A stretch of DNA of 64,000 bases, taken from contig CAVUPH010000014.1 of NCBI GenBank assembly GCA_963743305.1, positions 320,001 through 384,000 of the forward strand, written 5' to 3'. The position numbers were made by a program, and so were the translations under genes. The notes under the pieces are model-generated. The model was not told where the DNA came from. It did no database searches and saw only the letters and a list, made by a program, of their open reading frames with translations. Numbering within the stretch: position 1 is the first letter of the stretch; every line of letters starts with the position of its first letter. Source of the stretch: an uncultured delta proteobacterium. GTDB lineage: Bacteria > Desulfobacterota > RBG-13-43-22. Shown one piece after another: positions 1 to 9,123 of the stretch.

Positions 1-55
1 AGGATTTTCTTTCATAATTCACTGCCTTTCTACTGGGATCAGTACCTCGTTTCTT

Positions 56-335
56 CTAGCGAAAAACAATCTTGATATCCTCCCGTTCCTGGGCCACGTG
101 CTTCAGGACCGTGCGTATTCTCTGGAAGTCCCGTATTCATGGCCTGCTTCGAAACCGTCGCGTGTTCCCAAAGGATCTCACAGGGTCCGTCCAGATCGGT
201 GGTCAACACATCGGCCAGGGCATCCAGGTTCCGACCGAAATAGTCCGGCAACGGCAGCACCTTTCCGATTACCTGATAGAACGAATCGAGCGACTGAATG
301 GCTTGACCGTCAAGCACATATTTTTTTACCGGCAT
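56..335 (-). CDS. Barstar-family ribonuclease inhibitor (one apparent 1-nt insertion near 131)
   Basis: MPVKKYVLDG...LPDYFGRNLDALADVLT matches the barstar motif. Removing one G near 131 gives ...DFQRIRTVLKHVAQEREDIKIVFR* (92 aa, barstar-sized). Confidence 0.85.
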
Positions 336-820
336 ACCGGTGCCTCCTTGAAAGTCTGGTAGTGATCGACCGTGACTACACGCAGGCCGTCGTTTGAGAA
401 ATATAAGGCGTTTCGGGCCGCGGTGGCCGCCGTGATAATCAAGATCCGCCTCGCGCCATTTTCGCCGGCCGTTGGGCAGCTTCTTTTCGTAATTGCCGAA
501 GCGGTCGCCGCCCAGGCTTTTGCCCCGGAGTTCCCTTAAGGCCCACAGGTTTTGGCCCGGCTTCCACCCGGCTGCTCTGGCCTCCTGTTTGGTCACGAAC
601 TTCGACGGCAGTTGGCGATTGCCGGTCCGGTTCAGAGCTGCGGAGGATATCAACCAACTCGGCCTCGTCGATTTTAGGCTGCAACTTCCCGCTCAGTTCC
701 TGGACGGCGGATTCACATGAGGCCGCCAGCAGCGATTCCATTGGAAACCAGGCTGCCGAAGAAAACCATCGAAGTCAGAACAATCGCCAAATAAGCATGG
801 TGCTTGAAGATAAACTTCAT
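326..820 (-). CDS. Secreted barnase-like ribonuclease (three apparent 1-nt insertions)
   Basis: LPSKFVTKQEARAAGW...GGDRFGNYEKKLP...WREADLDY..GHRGPKRLIF, then in another frame SNDGLRVVTVDHYQTF. Hydrophobic N-terminus from ATG 820. Frame changes near 742, 637 and 400. Confidence 0.8.
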
Positions 821-827
821 GGATTTC

Positions 828-1283
828 CTACCGTAACCCTACCCTATCCAGGTTGAAACCTTCTTCGAATGGATTTACGAAACGCACGCCTTCTATCACA
901 GCTCCCACATTGAAATCCTCTGAAAGAATGAGCGGAATCTGGTGTAATCGCGCCGAAGCCCATATCTGGGCATCCCAATAGGCCATTTTGTAGGTGCGAA
1001 CTCCTCGCACCGCCTCCAATATGATCGAGCCGCTCAAATCCAAAATCTCCCAGGACAAAAGGTAGTTCTGGATTCGCTCATAGACCTCTTCCCCGGTCAG
1101 TGGCCTTTCCAACTTACGCGTCGCATTGACGAAAAATTCCGCCAGTACCTGCGGCGTCAGCACCCCCAGACGCAGGGTTGCCAGATGGTCTAAAACCGCA
1201 GCCGCCTGAGATTGCTTTTCCGGTTCACCCTGGTCATAAGCATAAAGCAGGATATTGGTATCCACCAAGATCTTATCGGCCAT
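828..1283 (-). CDS. vapC: VapC-type PIN-domain toxin
   Basis: ILVDTNILLY...LAEF...YWDAQI...LSEDF PIN motifs; overlaps the upstream small gene. Confidence 0.9.
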   Translation of the reverse strand: MADKILVDTNILLYAYDQGEPEKQSQAAAVLDHLATLRLGVLTPQVLAEFFVNATRKLERPLTGEEVYERIQNYLLSWEILDLSGSIILEAVRGVRTYKMAYWDAQIWASARLHQIPLILSEDFNVGAVIEGVRFVNPFEEGFNLDRVGLR

Positions 1284-1551
1284 AGCGCGCTAGTCTCTCT
1301 TCGTAGGCTTCTTCCCGCCTGAATTTTCGTCCACCGGGAAGAGGTTTTCCGGCCATTCGTTGAGCTATAAAGGCCTTTTCCCGTTCCCAGGCTGAAAGAT
1401 CTCGAAGACCGGGAACCAGAACCGCCATCTGCCGGTCTATGGCCCGGCGCATAATCTCCGCCTCTGTTATCCCCAACTTTTTCGCCTGCCTTTTAAGGTT
1501 TACATCCTGCAGGGGTTCAATATAAACTTGCTTTCGGATCATCTGTGCCAT
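1273..1551 (-). CDS. Antitoxin with ribbon-helix-helix-like N-terminus
   Basis: 92 aa, MIRKQVYI...AKKLGITEAEIMRRAID, overlaps vapC start. Confidence 0.8.
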   Translation of the reverse strand: MAQMIRKQVYIEPLQDVNLKRQAKKLGITEAEIMRRAIDRQMAVLVPGLRDLSAWEREKAFIAQRMAGKPLPGGRKFRREEAYEERLARYGR

Positions 1552-1587
1552 ATCCGTGCCTCCCTAAAGAGCGACTATATACATTAC

Positions 1588-1617
1588 ATTGTACATCGTA
1601 CCACTTTGGAATGTCAA
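1588..1617 (-). promoter_or_regulatory. Sigma70-like promoter of the TA operon, with TACAT repeats as a possible operator
   Basis: TTGACA-18 nt-TACAAT on the minus strand upstream of the antitoxin. Confidence 0.55.
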
Positions 1618-1672
1618 GACGGATATCAAACAGCCAAACGGGCAATCTCAAAAACAACTAGAAAAGAGGCCG

Positions 1673-3157
1673 ATGTTGCACCCTAAAAATATAACCGGGG
1701 GAGAAGAACATCATCCCCGGCACCAAACTCAAAACCCGGTAACGAAAGGCTCTCCCCATAAATGGCTTTCCCTGGCGGCGGTGGGGTTGGGCGTCCTGAT
1801 GGCCACCATAGACATCAGTGTCATCAACGTTTCACTGCCCACACTGGTGCAGGCGCTTCGGACCGATTTCCCCACCATCCAGTGGGTTATCCTCTCTTAT
1901 ATCTTGGTAATCACCTCGACCATGCTGACCATGGCCCGACTGGGCGATATGGTGGGGAAAAAACAGATATATCAGTTGGGCTTGGGCATCTTCACCCTGG
2001 GTTCTTTTTTATGCGCCTTGTCTCCCACCGTCTATTGGCTAATCGGCTTCCGGGCCCTGCAGGGCTGCGGGGCCGTCATGGTCCAATCCCTGGGGATCGC
2101 CCTGGTTACCGAAGCCTTCCCGGCCCAAGAGCGCGGCCGAGCCCTGGGAATCTCCGGCGGGATCGTTTCGGTGGGGCTGGCGCTCGGGCCGCCGATAGGA
2201 GGTCTGATCATCGGGCTGGCCAGTTGGCACTGGATTTTCCTGATCAATATTCCCATCGGTCTCCTGGCCATCGGGGCTACCGGCCTGTTTATTCCTTCCC
2301 ATAAAACAAAAAGGGGAGACCAGCGCTTCGACTTCCTGGGCGGACTGGTCTTGTTGGCTACCATCATCGCTTATGCCCTGGGAATGACCATAGGCCAACA
2401 TCTGGGCTTCAATAATGCCAAGGTTTTATTGCTCCTGTCGGGTGCCGGCCTGGGACTCGGGCTGTTCGTTCGCGTGGAAAAAAAATCGCCCCAGCCTATG
2501 CTGAATCCGCAGCTCTTTAAAAACACCCTGTTTTCCATCAACCTGCTCATGGGCTGGCTGGTATTTATCGTGCTGGGCGGAACGTTTACCCTGCCCTTCT
2601 ATCTGGAGCTGGTCAAAGGCTATCCCACCGAGAAAGTCGGCCTGTTGATGATGGTCGTACCGATATCCATGGGGCTGATTTCCATTATCGCCGGGGCCTT
2701 GTCCGATCGGTTCGGTCCCCGGGGGATCAGTCTGTTAGGCCTCATGCTGCTGGTCCTCGGCTGCCTGTCCATTAGCGACCTGAAAGTCGAAACCACCGCC
2801 CTGGGCTATATCTTCCACCTGCTGCCGCTCGGGTTGGGCCTGGGACTTTTTCTGGCTCCCAACAACAGCGCGGTCATGGGCGGGGCACCCAAAGAACACT
2901 TGGGTGTGGCCTCGGGACTGCTGGCCCTTTCCCGGACCATGGGACACACCACCGGGATTCCTCTGGCCGGTGTGCTCTTCACCACCGGGATGATGGCTTC
3001 CGGCCGGGTCCGATCAGCCGCCGACCTTTCCCTGGCCCCGCCGCAGGACCTGGTAAATGGTCTGGCAGCCACCTTTCACACCACCGCCCTGATGATCGCT
3101 ACCGCAACTGCTCTGGCCGCCCTGGCCCTATGGCTGGACCGCCGCCGGCCAACCTGA
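1673..3157 (+). CDS. MFS drug:H+ antiporter (DHA2, EmrB/QacA-like)
   Basis: DISVINVSLP, RLGDMVGKK, FRALQG, ERGRALG, WHWIFLINIPIG; many TM helices; ATG 1673 after GAGG. Confidence 0.9.
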   Translation: MLHPKNITGGEEHHPRHQTQNPVTKGSPHKWLSLAAVGLGVLMATIDISVINVSLPTLVQALRTDFPTIQWVILSYILVITSTMLTMARLGDMVGKKQIYQLGLGIFTLGSFLCALSPTVYWLIGFRALQGCGAVMVQSLGIALVTEAFPAQERGRALGISGGIVSVGLALGPPIGGLIIGLASWHWIFLINIPIGLLAIGATGLFIPSHKTKRGDQRFDFLGGLVLLATIIAYALGMTIGQHLGFNNAKVLLLLSGAGLGLGLFVRVEKKSPQPMLNPQLFKNTLFSINLLMGWLVFIVLGGTFTLPFYLELVKGYPTEKVGLLMMVVPISMGLISIIAGALSDRFGPRGISLLGLMLLVLGCLSISDLKVETTALGYIFHLLPLGLGLGLFLAPNNSAVMGGAPKEHLGVASGLLALSRTMGHTTGIPLAGVLFTTGMMASGRVRSAADLSLAPPQDLVNGLAATFHTTALMIATATALAALALWLDRRRPT

Positions 3158-3216
3158 AGAATTTCTACCGTCAAGTTTGAAGACCGTTCCCCTCGATCCG
3201 TTCCTTCAGGAAAGGC

Positions 3217-5922
3217 TCAGGCCGCCCGGCCTATCGCTTCCAGGTCGATAAATTGGGCGGCCGTCAAACCCCGGTATCTTTCCGGGTGACAGGTGATGAT
3301 CAGGATCTGGAGGCGCTGGGCGGACTCTTCCAAAACATCCAGTACCCGGGCCATGCGGGCGGCGTCGGTAAAGGTCAGCACGTCATCCAGGACCACCAGT
3401 TGGCGTTCCGTGGAGGCCAGCAGTTCGGCCAGGGCCAGCCGGGTGGCCAGATAAATCTGCTCCCGTTCTCCGCCGGAAACCTGGTCCAGGGGAACGCCGG
3501 CTCCGGCCGGATCCGGAATCACCTCCGGGGTATTCAACCCCGCGTTTAATTTAAGCGGACCGGGTCTTCTTCCGGCTATGCGCTGCAGAAGATAATTGGC
3601 TTTCTTCTCCACCGGGGCCATGAGCCCCGCGGTCATCTCCGCCCGGCATCCTTTCAGGGTCTCGAAAAGCAGACGGACGGCATTGACCTGCAGGGTTTCG
3701 GCCGCCAGCTCCCGCTCCAGTTCGGCCGTCTCCTCTTCGGCCCGACTCAGTTGGGTGTAGGCCCCCTGGCCCCCCAATTGGCGCAGCGCTCCCTCAGTAA
3801 CTTTTTCATCCGCCAGCGCCCGGCGGGAGGTATCCCAGGCAGCCTCGAGTCGCTTCTGTAAACGCTCCAGCGTTGCCAAGGGATCTTCGTCGTACCCGGC
3901 CAGTTTCTTTTCCGCTTCCTGAAGCCCGGCCCTGGCCCCCTCAAATTCCAGGCCCGACCGGGCCAGCTCTTCGGCCAGGGACTTTTCATCGCCGACCTCT
4001 TTCAAGCGGTTGACCAGCTTGGCTTCCAGGGATTGAACCAGGTTCTGATTCCGGACCAGCTCCCCTTCCAGGTGGGATATCCGGCTGGCGGCCCCGGAAA
4101 GACTGATCTGGGCTTTCTCCCACTCCCCTTCCGCCTTTTCCACTTCCCGGACAAATTGCTCCTTGATGGTCCGGAATTCTCGCTGCAGCCGGTCACTTTC
4201 CGGAAGATTGTTCTCCCATTCCGGATACTTGTTCAAAAGGGTGGCCATCCGGCTTTCCAGAAGGGCCCGCCGCCCTTGAAGGGACTCGGGGGCTTCCCCG
4301 GCCAGCAGGGTTTCCAGGCGGGTCCGGTGTTCACCTATCCGGGCTTCCAGTTCCCGGGCCTGTTCTTCCCGCCGTTCCAGTTCCTCCAGCGGAACGGAAC
4401 CATAGAGTTCGGTCAGCTTTCTGATTTTCTCCTCGGCCCGTTCCGAGTTTTTCCTCAGCTCTCCAATGGAACCGGCCGGTCCCCTGGCCCGGATCCGGGC
4501 GATCCCCGGCAAGTTGACGGCGACTTCCGGGGAGCCCTTGATCCGGATCGGGACCCCGGGGTTCAAGGGTACCGGACCGGTCTGTTCCCCGGCAAGCACC
4601 TCGGCGGAGCCCGCTGCTTCCGGGACGATTTCCAGGGTGATCAGGGCATTTTCCAACCGCAACCGCGCCTCGTTTTTTTCGGAGATGGCTTTCCGCAGGA
4701 CCGTCAATTCCCGGGAGGACGGGGCGACCAGACGGCTTCTTTCTTCCTGGATGGAAAGCAGCGCTTTTTGAGTTTCCTGGATTTTGCCGAGGCGCCGGGT
4801 CAATTCGCCGGACTGATTTTTTTGAACCAGAAAGGCGGCCGCGTCATCGGCCGCTTCCTGGGCCAGATCCACTTTCTTCCGGCCCAGGCGCGCATCCTCC
4901 AGGGCCGCCTTAGCCCCATTGGCGGCCCGCTGCAGTTCTTCCACTTCTCGTTTCTGCAGAGGAAGGTCCCGGCTGCTTTTTTCCAGGTTAGTCCGGGCCG
5001 TCTGAAGTTCCTCCCGGGTGGACCGGATGCCTTCCTCCTGCTGTTTCCAACGCCGGTAACGGGCCTCCAGGGCCTGGAGCCGGGCCTCTCTTTCTTTTTT
5101 CTCCGACAGCAATTCCCGGTAGGCCTCGGTCCTGGCCTGCTGGGTCGCCAGGACCCTCTGGATCTCTTCGGCTTCATGACGAGCCTGGCTGCTTTTGAGC
5201 TGGAAATCCCGGACCTTTCGGGAAAGATCGTCATACTCCTCAAGCCTTCTCAAGGCCTCGGCCCGCTTTTCCACGGCCTTTTGCAAGGCCTCTTTCAGTT
5301 GGACCAATCGGGGGGCGTTTTTGCCGGAAAGGAGCTTGCCGCCCGGCGTGAAAAACTGGGCATAGCGTGCTTCGATCAACTTTTCCACCGGCCCGGCGCC
5401 TTCGACCTGGGCACCCAGCGACGTGCGGATATCCGCCAGGACTTCTCCCGACAGGGCCACCAGGGACAGGTCCCCCTGGGGGGCCCACAAGACCTGAGCC
5501 AGTCCCCAGTGTTCCGCCCTGGCCAGGCCTTTCACCGGCGCATTCCGGGTCAGGACGGCCCGGACCCGTTCGTCGGCCGACGGACCTTCGGCCAGGGGAA
5601 TCAAGCGTCCGTTTTCTTCCCGTTCGAGTTTGGAAAAGGGCTGGTCCAGGAACCGCTTGGTGATCCGAAAGGTCGCTCCCTGATGCTCGAAAAGAACCTG
5701 CACCGTAGGGGCCAGTTCCCTTCCCCAAGGCTTGATGGCTTCAATGTCTTTTCCTCCAACCTTATGATTATCGAGCAGCGCCCGGCGGAGGGCCTCAAAA
5801 AGGGTGGTTTTTCCGCAGGCATTGGGGGCAAAGAGGATGTTCAGCTTCTCATCAAAGGGTCCGACCACCATGGGGTCCAGGAAGCAACGCCACCCTTGTA
5901 CCATTATAGACCTAAGGATCAT
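3217..5922 (-). CDS. SMC/Rad50-like coiled-coil ATPase (YhaN/SbcC-like)
   Basis: Walker A APNACGKTT, long coiled coil, signature VSGGEREQ, Walker B VVLDD, H-loop IITCH. Confidence 0.85.
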   Translation of the reverse strand: MILRSIMVQGWRCFLDPMVVGPFDEKLNILFAPNACGKTTLFEALRRALLDNHKVGGKDIEAIKPWGRELAPTVQVLFEHQGATFRITKRFLDQPFSKLEREENGRLIPLAEGPSADERVRAVLTRNAPVKGLARAEHWGLAQVLWAPQGDLSLVALSGEVLADIRTSLGAQVEGAGPVEKLIEARYAQFFTPGGKLLSGKNAPRLVQLKEALQKAVEKRAEALRRLEEYDDLSRKVRDFQLKSSQARHEAEEIQRVLATQQARTEAYRELLSEKKEREARLQALEARYRRWKQQEEGIRSTREELQTARTNLEKSSRDLPLQKREVEELQRAANGAKAALEDARLGRKKVDLAQEAADDAAAFLVQKNQSGELTRRLGKIQETQKALLSIQEERSRLVAPSSRELTVLRKAISEKNEARLRLENALITLEIVPEAAGSAEVLAGEQTGPVPLNPGVPIRIKGSPEVAVNLPGIARIRARGPAGSIGELRKNSERAEEKIRKLTELYGSVPLEELERREEQARELEARIGEHRTRLETLLAGEAPESLQGRRALLESRMATLLNKYPEWENNLPESDRLQREFRTIKEQFVREVEKAEGEWEKAQISLSGAASRISHLEGELVRNQNLVQSLEAKLVNRLKEVGDEKSLAEELARSGLEFEGARAGLQEAEKKLAGYDEDPLATLERLQKRLEAAWDTSRRALADEKVTEGALRQLGGQGAYTQLSRAEEETAELERELAAETLQVNAVRLLFETLKGCRAEMTAGLMAPVEKKANYLLQRIAGRRPGPLKLNAGLNTPEVIPDPAGAGVPLDQVSGGEREQIYLATRLALAELLASTERQLVVLDDVLTFTDAARMARVLDVLEESAQRLQILIITCHPERYRGLTAAQFIDLEAIGRAA

Positions 5923-7046
5923 CAGGCCCCCCCCTTCGAGAGGAGAAAAAGCTCCATCAAGGCCTGGGCGGCGGTCTCCGGGGAGGCCCCCTCCGGACGG
6001 GGTCCGGGGAATCCGGGATCGGAAAGCTGACGTATTCGGGAAGCGGTTTCCCGGAGGATGCCGGGAGGAAGAGCGGCTATCCAGGTCTCGTCTTCGGGAG
6101 AGGGTTGCAGCCGGGAGAGGTCCACGTCCCGGTAGAGAAAGCGGGCGTTGATGATCTCTTGGAGGTGAACGAGTTCTCCCTGTTCTTCGGCCCGGATAAA
6201 TCCGGATACCTTCAGGGCCAGCAAGGTGTTTTCCGGCCGGGGCCAGGACTCGATCTTCTCTTTGAGCCGATTCAAGTCGCCCTCTTTCCGGAGGTCGGCC
6301 TCCAGCACCTCCCAGGCCAACCCGCCGACGGTCATCGGGGTAATCCGGGGGGGTGACTTCGGGGCGTCGATCTCCACGATCAGGATCTTCCCGCTGTCCC
6401 GCTCCCCGAAACGGGAAGGTTCGGGCGTGCCGGGATAGGCCGTGCGGGTGTCCCCCTGGCCCTCCGGGAAAAGGGCCAGGGAATGCCAGTGGCCCAGGGC
6501 CAGGTAATCCAATCCCGCCCGGGAGGCCGCATCCCGGGGAATGGGGAGTTCCAGGTCGTCCCCGCCGACCCCTTCAAAGGAGCCGTGGGCCAGGCCGACG
6601 CGGATTTCGGAGGTGGTTTCCAGGGGTATCCAGGAGGTAAGGTCTTTCCGGGAAAATTTTTCCCGGACCGGGCAGGGGTACAGCCGGCCCCCGGGCAGGG
6701 GTACCGGCTTTTCCTCGGAGAGTATTTGAATGTTGGGCTTGGAACTCCAGGAGGGGTGCTCCCAGACGGCTCCGGGAACCAGGGGATCATGGTTTCCGGG
6801 GATCAGATAAACCGGGAGATCGATACCGCCCAGCAGGTCGGCCGTCTGCTGGATCAGGACCCGCTCCACCGCGTTGTCCTCGAAGGTGTCGCCGGCCAGG
6901 AGGATGAAATCCACGTGTTGATCCCGCGCCAAGCGGACAATCCGCTCCGCCGTTTTGAGCCGTTCGGCGCGGACCCGCTCCCCGGCCCCGCCCACCTGGA
7001 CGGCCTTCATGCCCAATTGCCAGTCTGCGGTATGGAGAAATTTCAT
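5922..7046 (-). CDS. Mre11/SbcD-like metallophosphoesterase nuclease (YhaO-like)
   Basis: HTADWQLG, AGDTFE, PGNHD, AHGS, LGHWH motifs; TGATG overlap with the ATPase gene. Confidence 0.9.
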   Translation of the reverse strand: MKFLHTADWQLGMKAVQVGGAGERVRAERLKTAERIVRLARDQHVDFILLAGDTFEDNAVERVLIQQTADLLGGIDLPVYLIPGNHDPLVPGAVWEHPSWSSKPNIQILSEEKPVPLPGGRLYPCPVREKFSRKDLTSWIPLETTSEIRVGLAHGSFEGVGGDDLELPIPRDAASRAGLDYLALGHWHSLALFPEGQGDTRTAYPGTPEPSRFGERDSGKILIVEIDAPKSPPRITPMTVGGLAWEVLEADLRKEGDLNRLKEKIESWPRPENTLLALKVSGFIRAEEQGELVHLQEIINARFLYRDVDLSRLQPSPEDETWIAALPPGILRETASRIRQLSDPGFPGPRPEGASPETAAQALMELFLLSKGGA

Positions 7047-7108
7047 AAGAAATATCTTTTATCCCGTTGGGTACGTTTCGCTTTTCCTCATTCTCCTTGA
7101 CCGTAAAA

Positions 7109-8494
7109 TCATCCTCTGCCGCTTTTCAAAACTTCGCGCGCCGCCATGACTCCTGAAATCGAAGCCTGGATCAACCCGCGGGTTACTCCCGCACCGTCCC
7201 CGACGGCGAATAGATTCCTGACTTCCGTTTCCAGGCCGGGGGTGAGCTTAAGCTTCATGGAGTAGAACTTGACTTCTACACCGTAAAGAAGCGTATCGCC
7301 GGAGTTTACTCCGGGGGCCACGTTATCGAGCGCTTCGAGCATCTCCATCAGGTTGCTGAGATGCCGGTAGGGCAGCACGAAGCTCAGGTCTCCCGGGGTG
7401 GCGTCTTCCAGGGTGGGACGCACCGAGCCTTCGGCTATTCTCTCCGGCGTGGAACGTCGGCCCATCTTCAGATCGCCGAGCCGTTGGACAATGACGCCGC
7501 CGCCCAGCAGGTTGGCCAGGCCGGCGATGTACTTCCCATAGGATATCGGATCATTAAAGGGCCTGGTGAAATCGGTGCTCACCAGGAGTGCGAAGTTCGT
7601 ATTTTCCGTCTTCTTGTTTTTGAAGCTGTGCCCGTTGACGCTGAAGATGCCTTCGCTATTTTCCTTGACCACCTCGCCATAGGGATTCATGCAGAACGTT
7701 CTGACTTTGTCGTGAAATCTTCTTGAGAAATAGATGAACTTCCCCTCATAAGCCACATCCGTTATATCTTTCATTATCGCTGCCGGAAGTTCGACCCGGA
7801 CCCCGATATCCACCGGGTTCTTCTGGACCGAAAGATCCAACCGTTTGGCTTCTCCGGAAAGCCAGCTCGACCCTTCCCGGCCAACAGCGGTGATAACAAA
7901 CCGGGACTCAAAGGTCCGCCCGTCTCCCGTCCTGACCCCGGAAGCAAAGCCCTGGGTAGTCTGGATCTGCTCTACCGGCGAATCAAAGATTAGGTCAACC
8001 TTACCGTCCAGCGCGTCCCGAATCTTGCGCAGCACCTCTCCGCAGACCTCAGTGCCAATATGCCGGATCAATGCCGGAATGAGCTCCAGGTTATACCCGG
8101 CGGCTTTCTTCTTCAGACGGTCCAGGGCGTCCTTATTCCGGCCGTGGATTTCTCCTCCGGCCCCGAAAAAGCAGTAAATCGAATCCACATACTCGATCAG
8201 GACGGCCAGGTCTTCTTCGGTAACGTACTCTTTAAGCCATCCCCCGAATTCCGAGGTCAGGGTAAGTTTCCCGTCGCTATAGGCCCCGGCCCCTCCCCAG
8301 CCGCAGAGGATGCTGCAGAGGTCGCACTGGACACAGGGAATGGACGTCTCGGCCATGGGACAACTTCTGGCCTGGATGTCGCTGCCCTTCTCGATCATCA
8401 GGATTTTCAAGCGGGGATTCTTGATGAGTTCCAGGGCGGCGAATATCCCCGCCGGACCGGTACCGATAATGATCACGTCATAAGAGGGTGCCAT
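7109..8494 (-). CDS. FAD-dependent oxidoreductase with N-terminal Cys cluster
   Basis: GTGPAG Rossmann motif, GGAGAYSDGKL, GDGAGVTRG; CxxCxxC near the N-terminus. Confidence 0.8.
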   Translation of the reverse strand: MAPSYDVIIIGTGPAGIFAALELIKNPRLKILMIEKGSDIQARSCPMAETSIPCVQCDLCSILCGWGGAGAYSDGKLTLTSEFGGWLKEYVTEEDLAVLIEYVDSIYCFFGAGGEIHGRNKDALDRLKKKAAGYNLELIPALIRHIGTEVCGEVLRKIRDALDGKVDLIFDSPVEQIQTTQGFASGVRTGDGRTFESRFVITAVGREGSSWLSGEAKRLDLSVQKNPVDIGVRVELPAAIMKDITDVAYEGKFIYFSRRFHDKVRTFCMNPYGEVVKENSEGIFSVNGHSFKNKKTENTNFALLVSTDFTRPFNDPISYGKYIAGLANLLGGGVIVQRLGDLKMGRRSTPERIAEGSVRPTLEDATPGDLSFVLPYRHLSNLMEMLEALDNVAPGVNSGDTLLYGVEVKFYSMKLKLTPGLETEVRNLFAVGDGAGVTRGLIQASISGVMAAREVLKSGRG

Positions 8495-8573
8495 AGTTAA
8501 TCACCAACCCCAAAGGGTGTGCCTTCATAAATCATCAATGCCCTTCCTCTATTTCTCGCTGTTGGATGACCCC

Positions 8574-9014
8574 TCAACATTGTAGACGCCGCTTCTGCCC
8601 ACAGGAAAGGCATTGCGGTTTATGGACGCATAAGAGTTCACCGCACTTTGGACAGGTCCACCTTTCCTTTTCGTCCCTAATGAATTGCCTCAGGCCGAAT
8701 TTCCTGATGTTCTCCAGGTTGCCAATCACGCTCAGTCCATACCTGATTCTATAACGCTTATCCAAATGGTTCAGGTTATCACAAGGAAATGAGCCGCAAC
8801 GGAAGCAGTAATTGCCTTCGACTTTCCCTAAATCTCCGCAGTTCTTGATACGGCACGAAACGCAGGCCTGCGATTTGAAACTGTCGTCGCCTCGGCAACC
8901 GGGACAGGGCTTTCTATCCCTGATAAAGGCCCGACAGAGGCGGCAGTTCATTCCGCAGGGAGCAATCAGCCCCGTACGAATCGTATGGGTTTTGGTCGAC
9001 CGTACCGACAGCAT
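8574..9014 (-). CDS. DUF3795-like Cys-rich protein
   Basis: IAPCGMNCRLC, CPGCRG, CRIKNC, CFRCGSFPC, C-terminal CPKC/CLSC. Confidence 0.75.
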   Translation of the reverse strand: MLSVRSTKTHTIRTGLIAPCGMNCRLCRAFIRDRKPCPGCRGDDSFKSQACVSCRIKNCGDLGKVEGNYCFRCGSFPCDNLNHLDKRYRIRYGLSVIGNLENIRKFGLRQFIRDEKERWTCPKCGELLCVHKPQCLSCGQKRRLQC

Positions 9015-9057
9015 ATAGGTATTCCCGCAAACGCTTGCCTTGTTTCCCTGCTTTGGT

Positions 9058-9123
9058 GCCCAACGCAAAATCAGCCGACGGCAAGGAACCGGCTGGAATG
9101 AACGGGTGAACTGCTTATTGGGT
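9058..9123 (-). mobile_element. attC-like recombination site
   Basis: Minus strand ACCCAAT...TTCCAGCCG...CGGCTGATTTTGC-GTTGGGC; overlaps the phosphatase stop; inner stem has an unpaired G on the bottom strand. Confidence 0.55.

Noticed and set aside
39-653. 204-aa barnase-barstar fusion ORF
   Set aside because: Produced by single-base insertions; both genes have their own proper ends in other frames
4033-6030. 665-aa plus-strand ORF
   Set aside because: Antisense shadow of the GC-rich SMC-like gene, with no recognisable motifs
8574-8579. Selenocysteine read-through at the DUF3795 Cys-TGA end
   Set aside because: No SECIS-like hairpin seen, and the frame closes again shortly after
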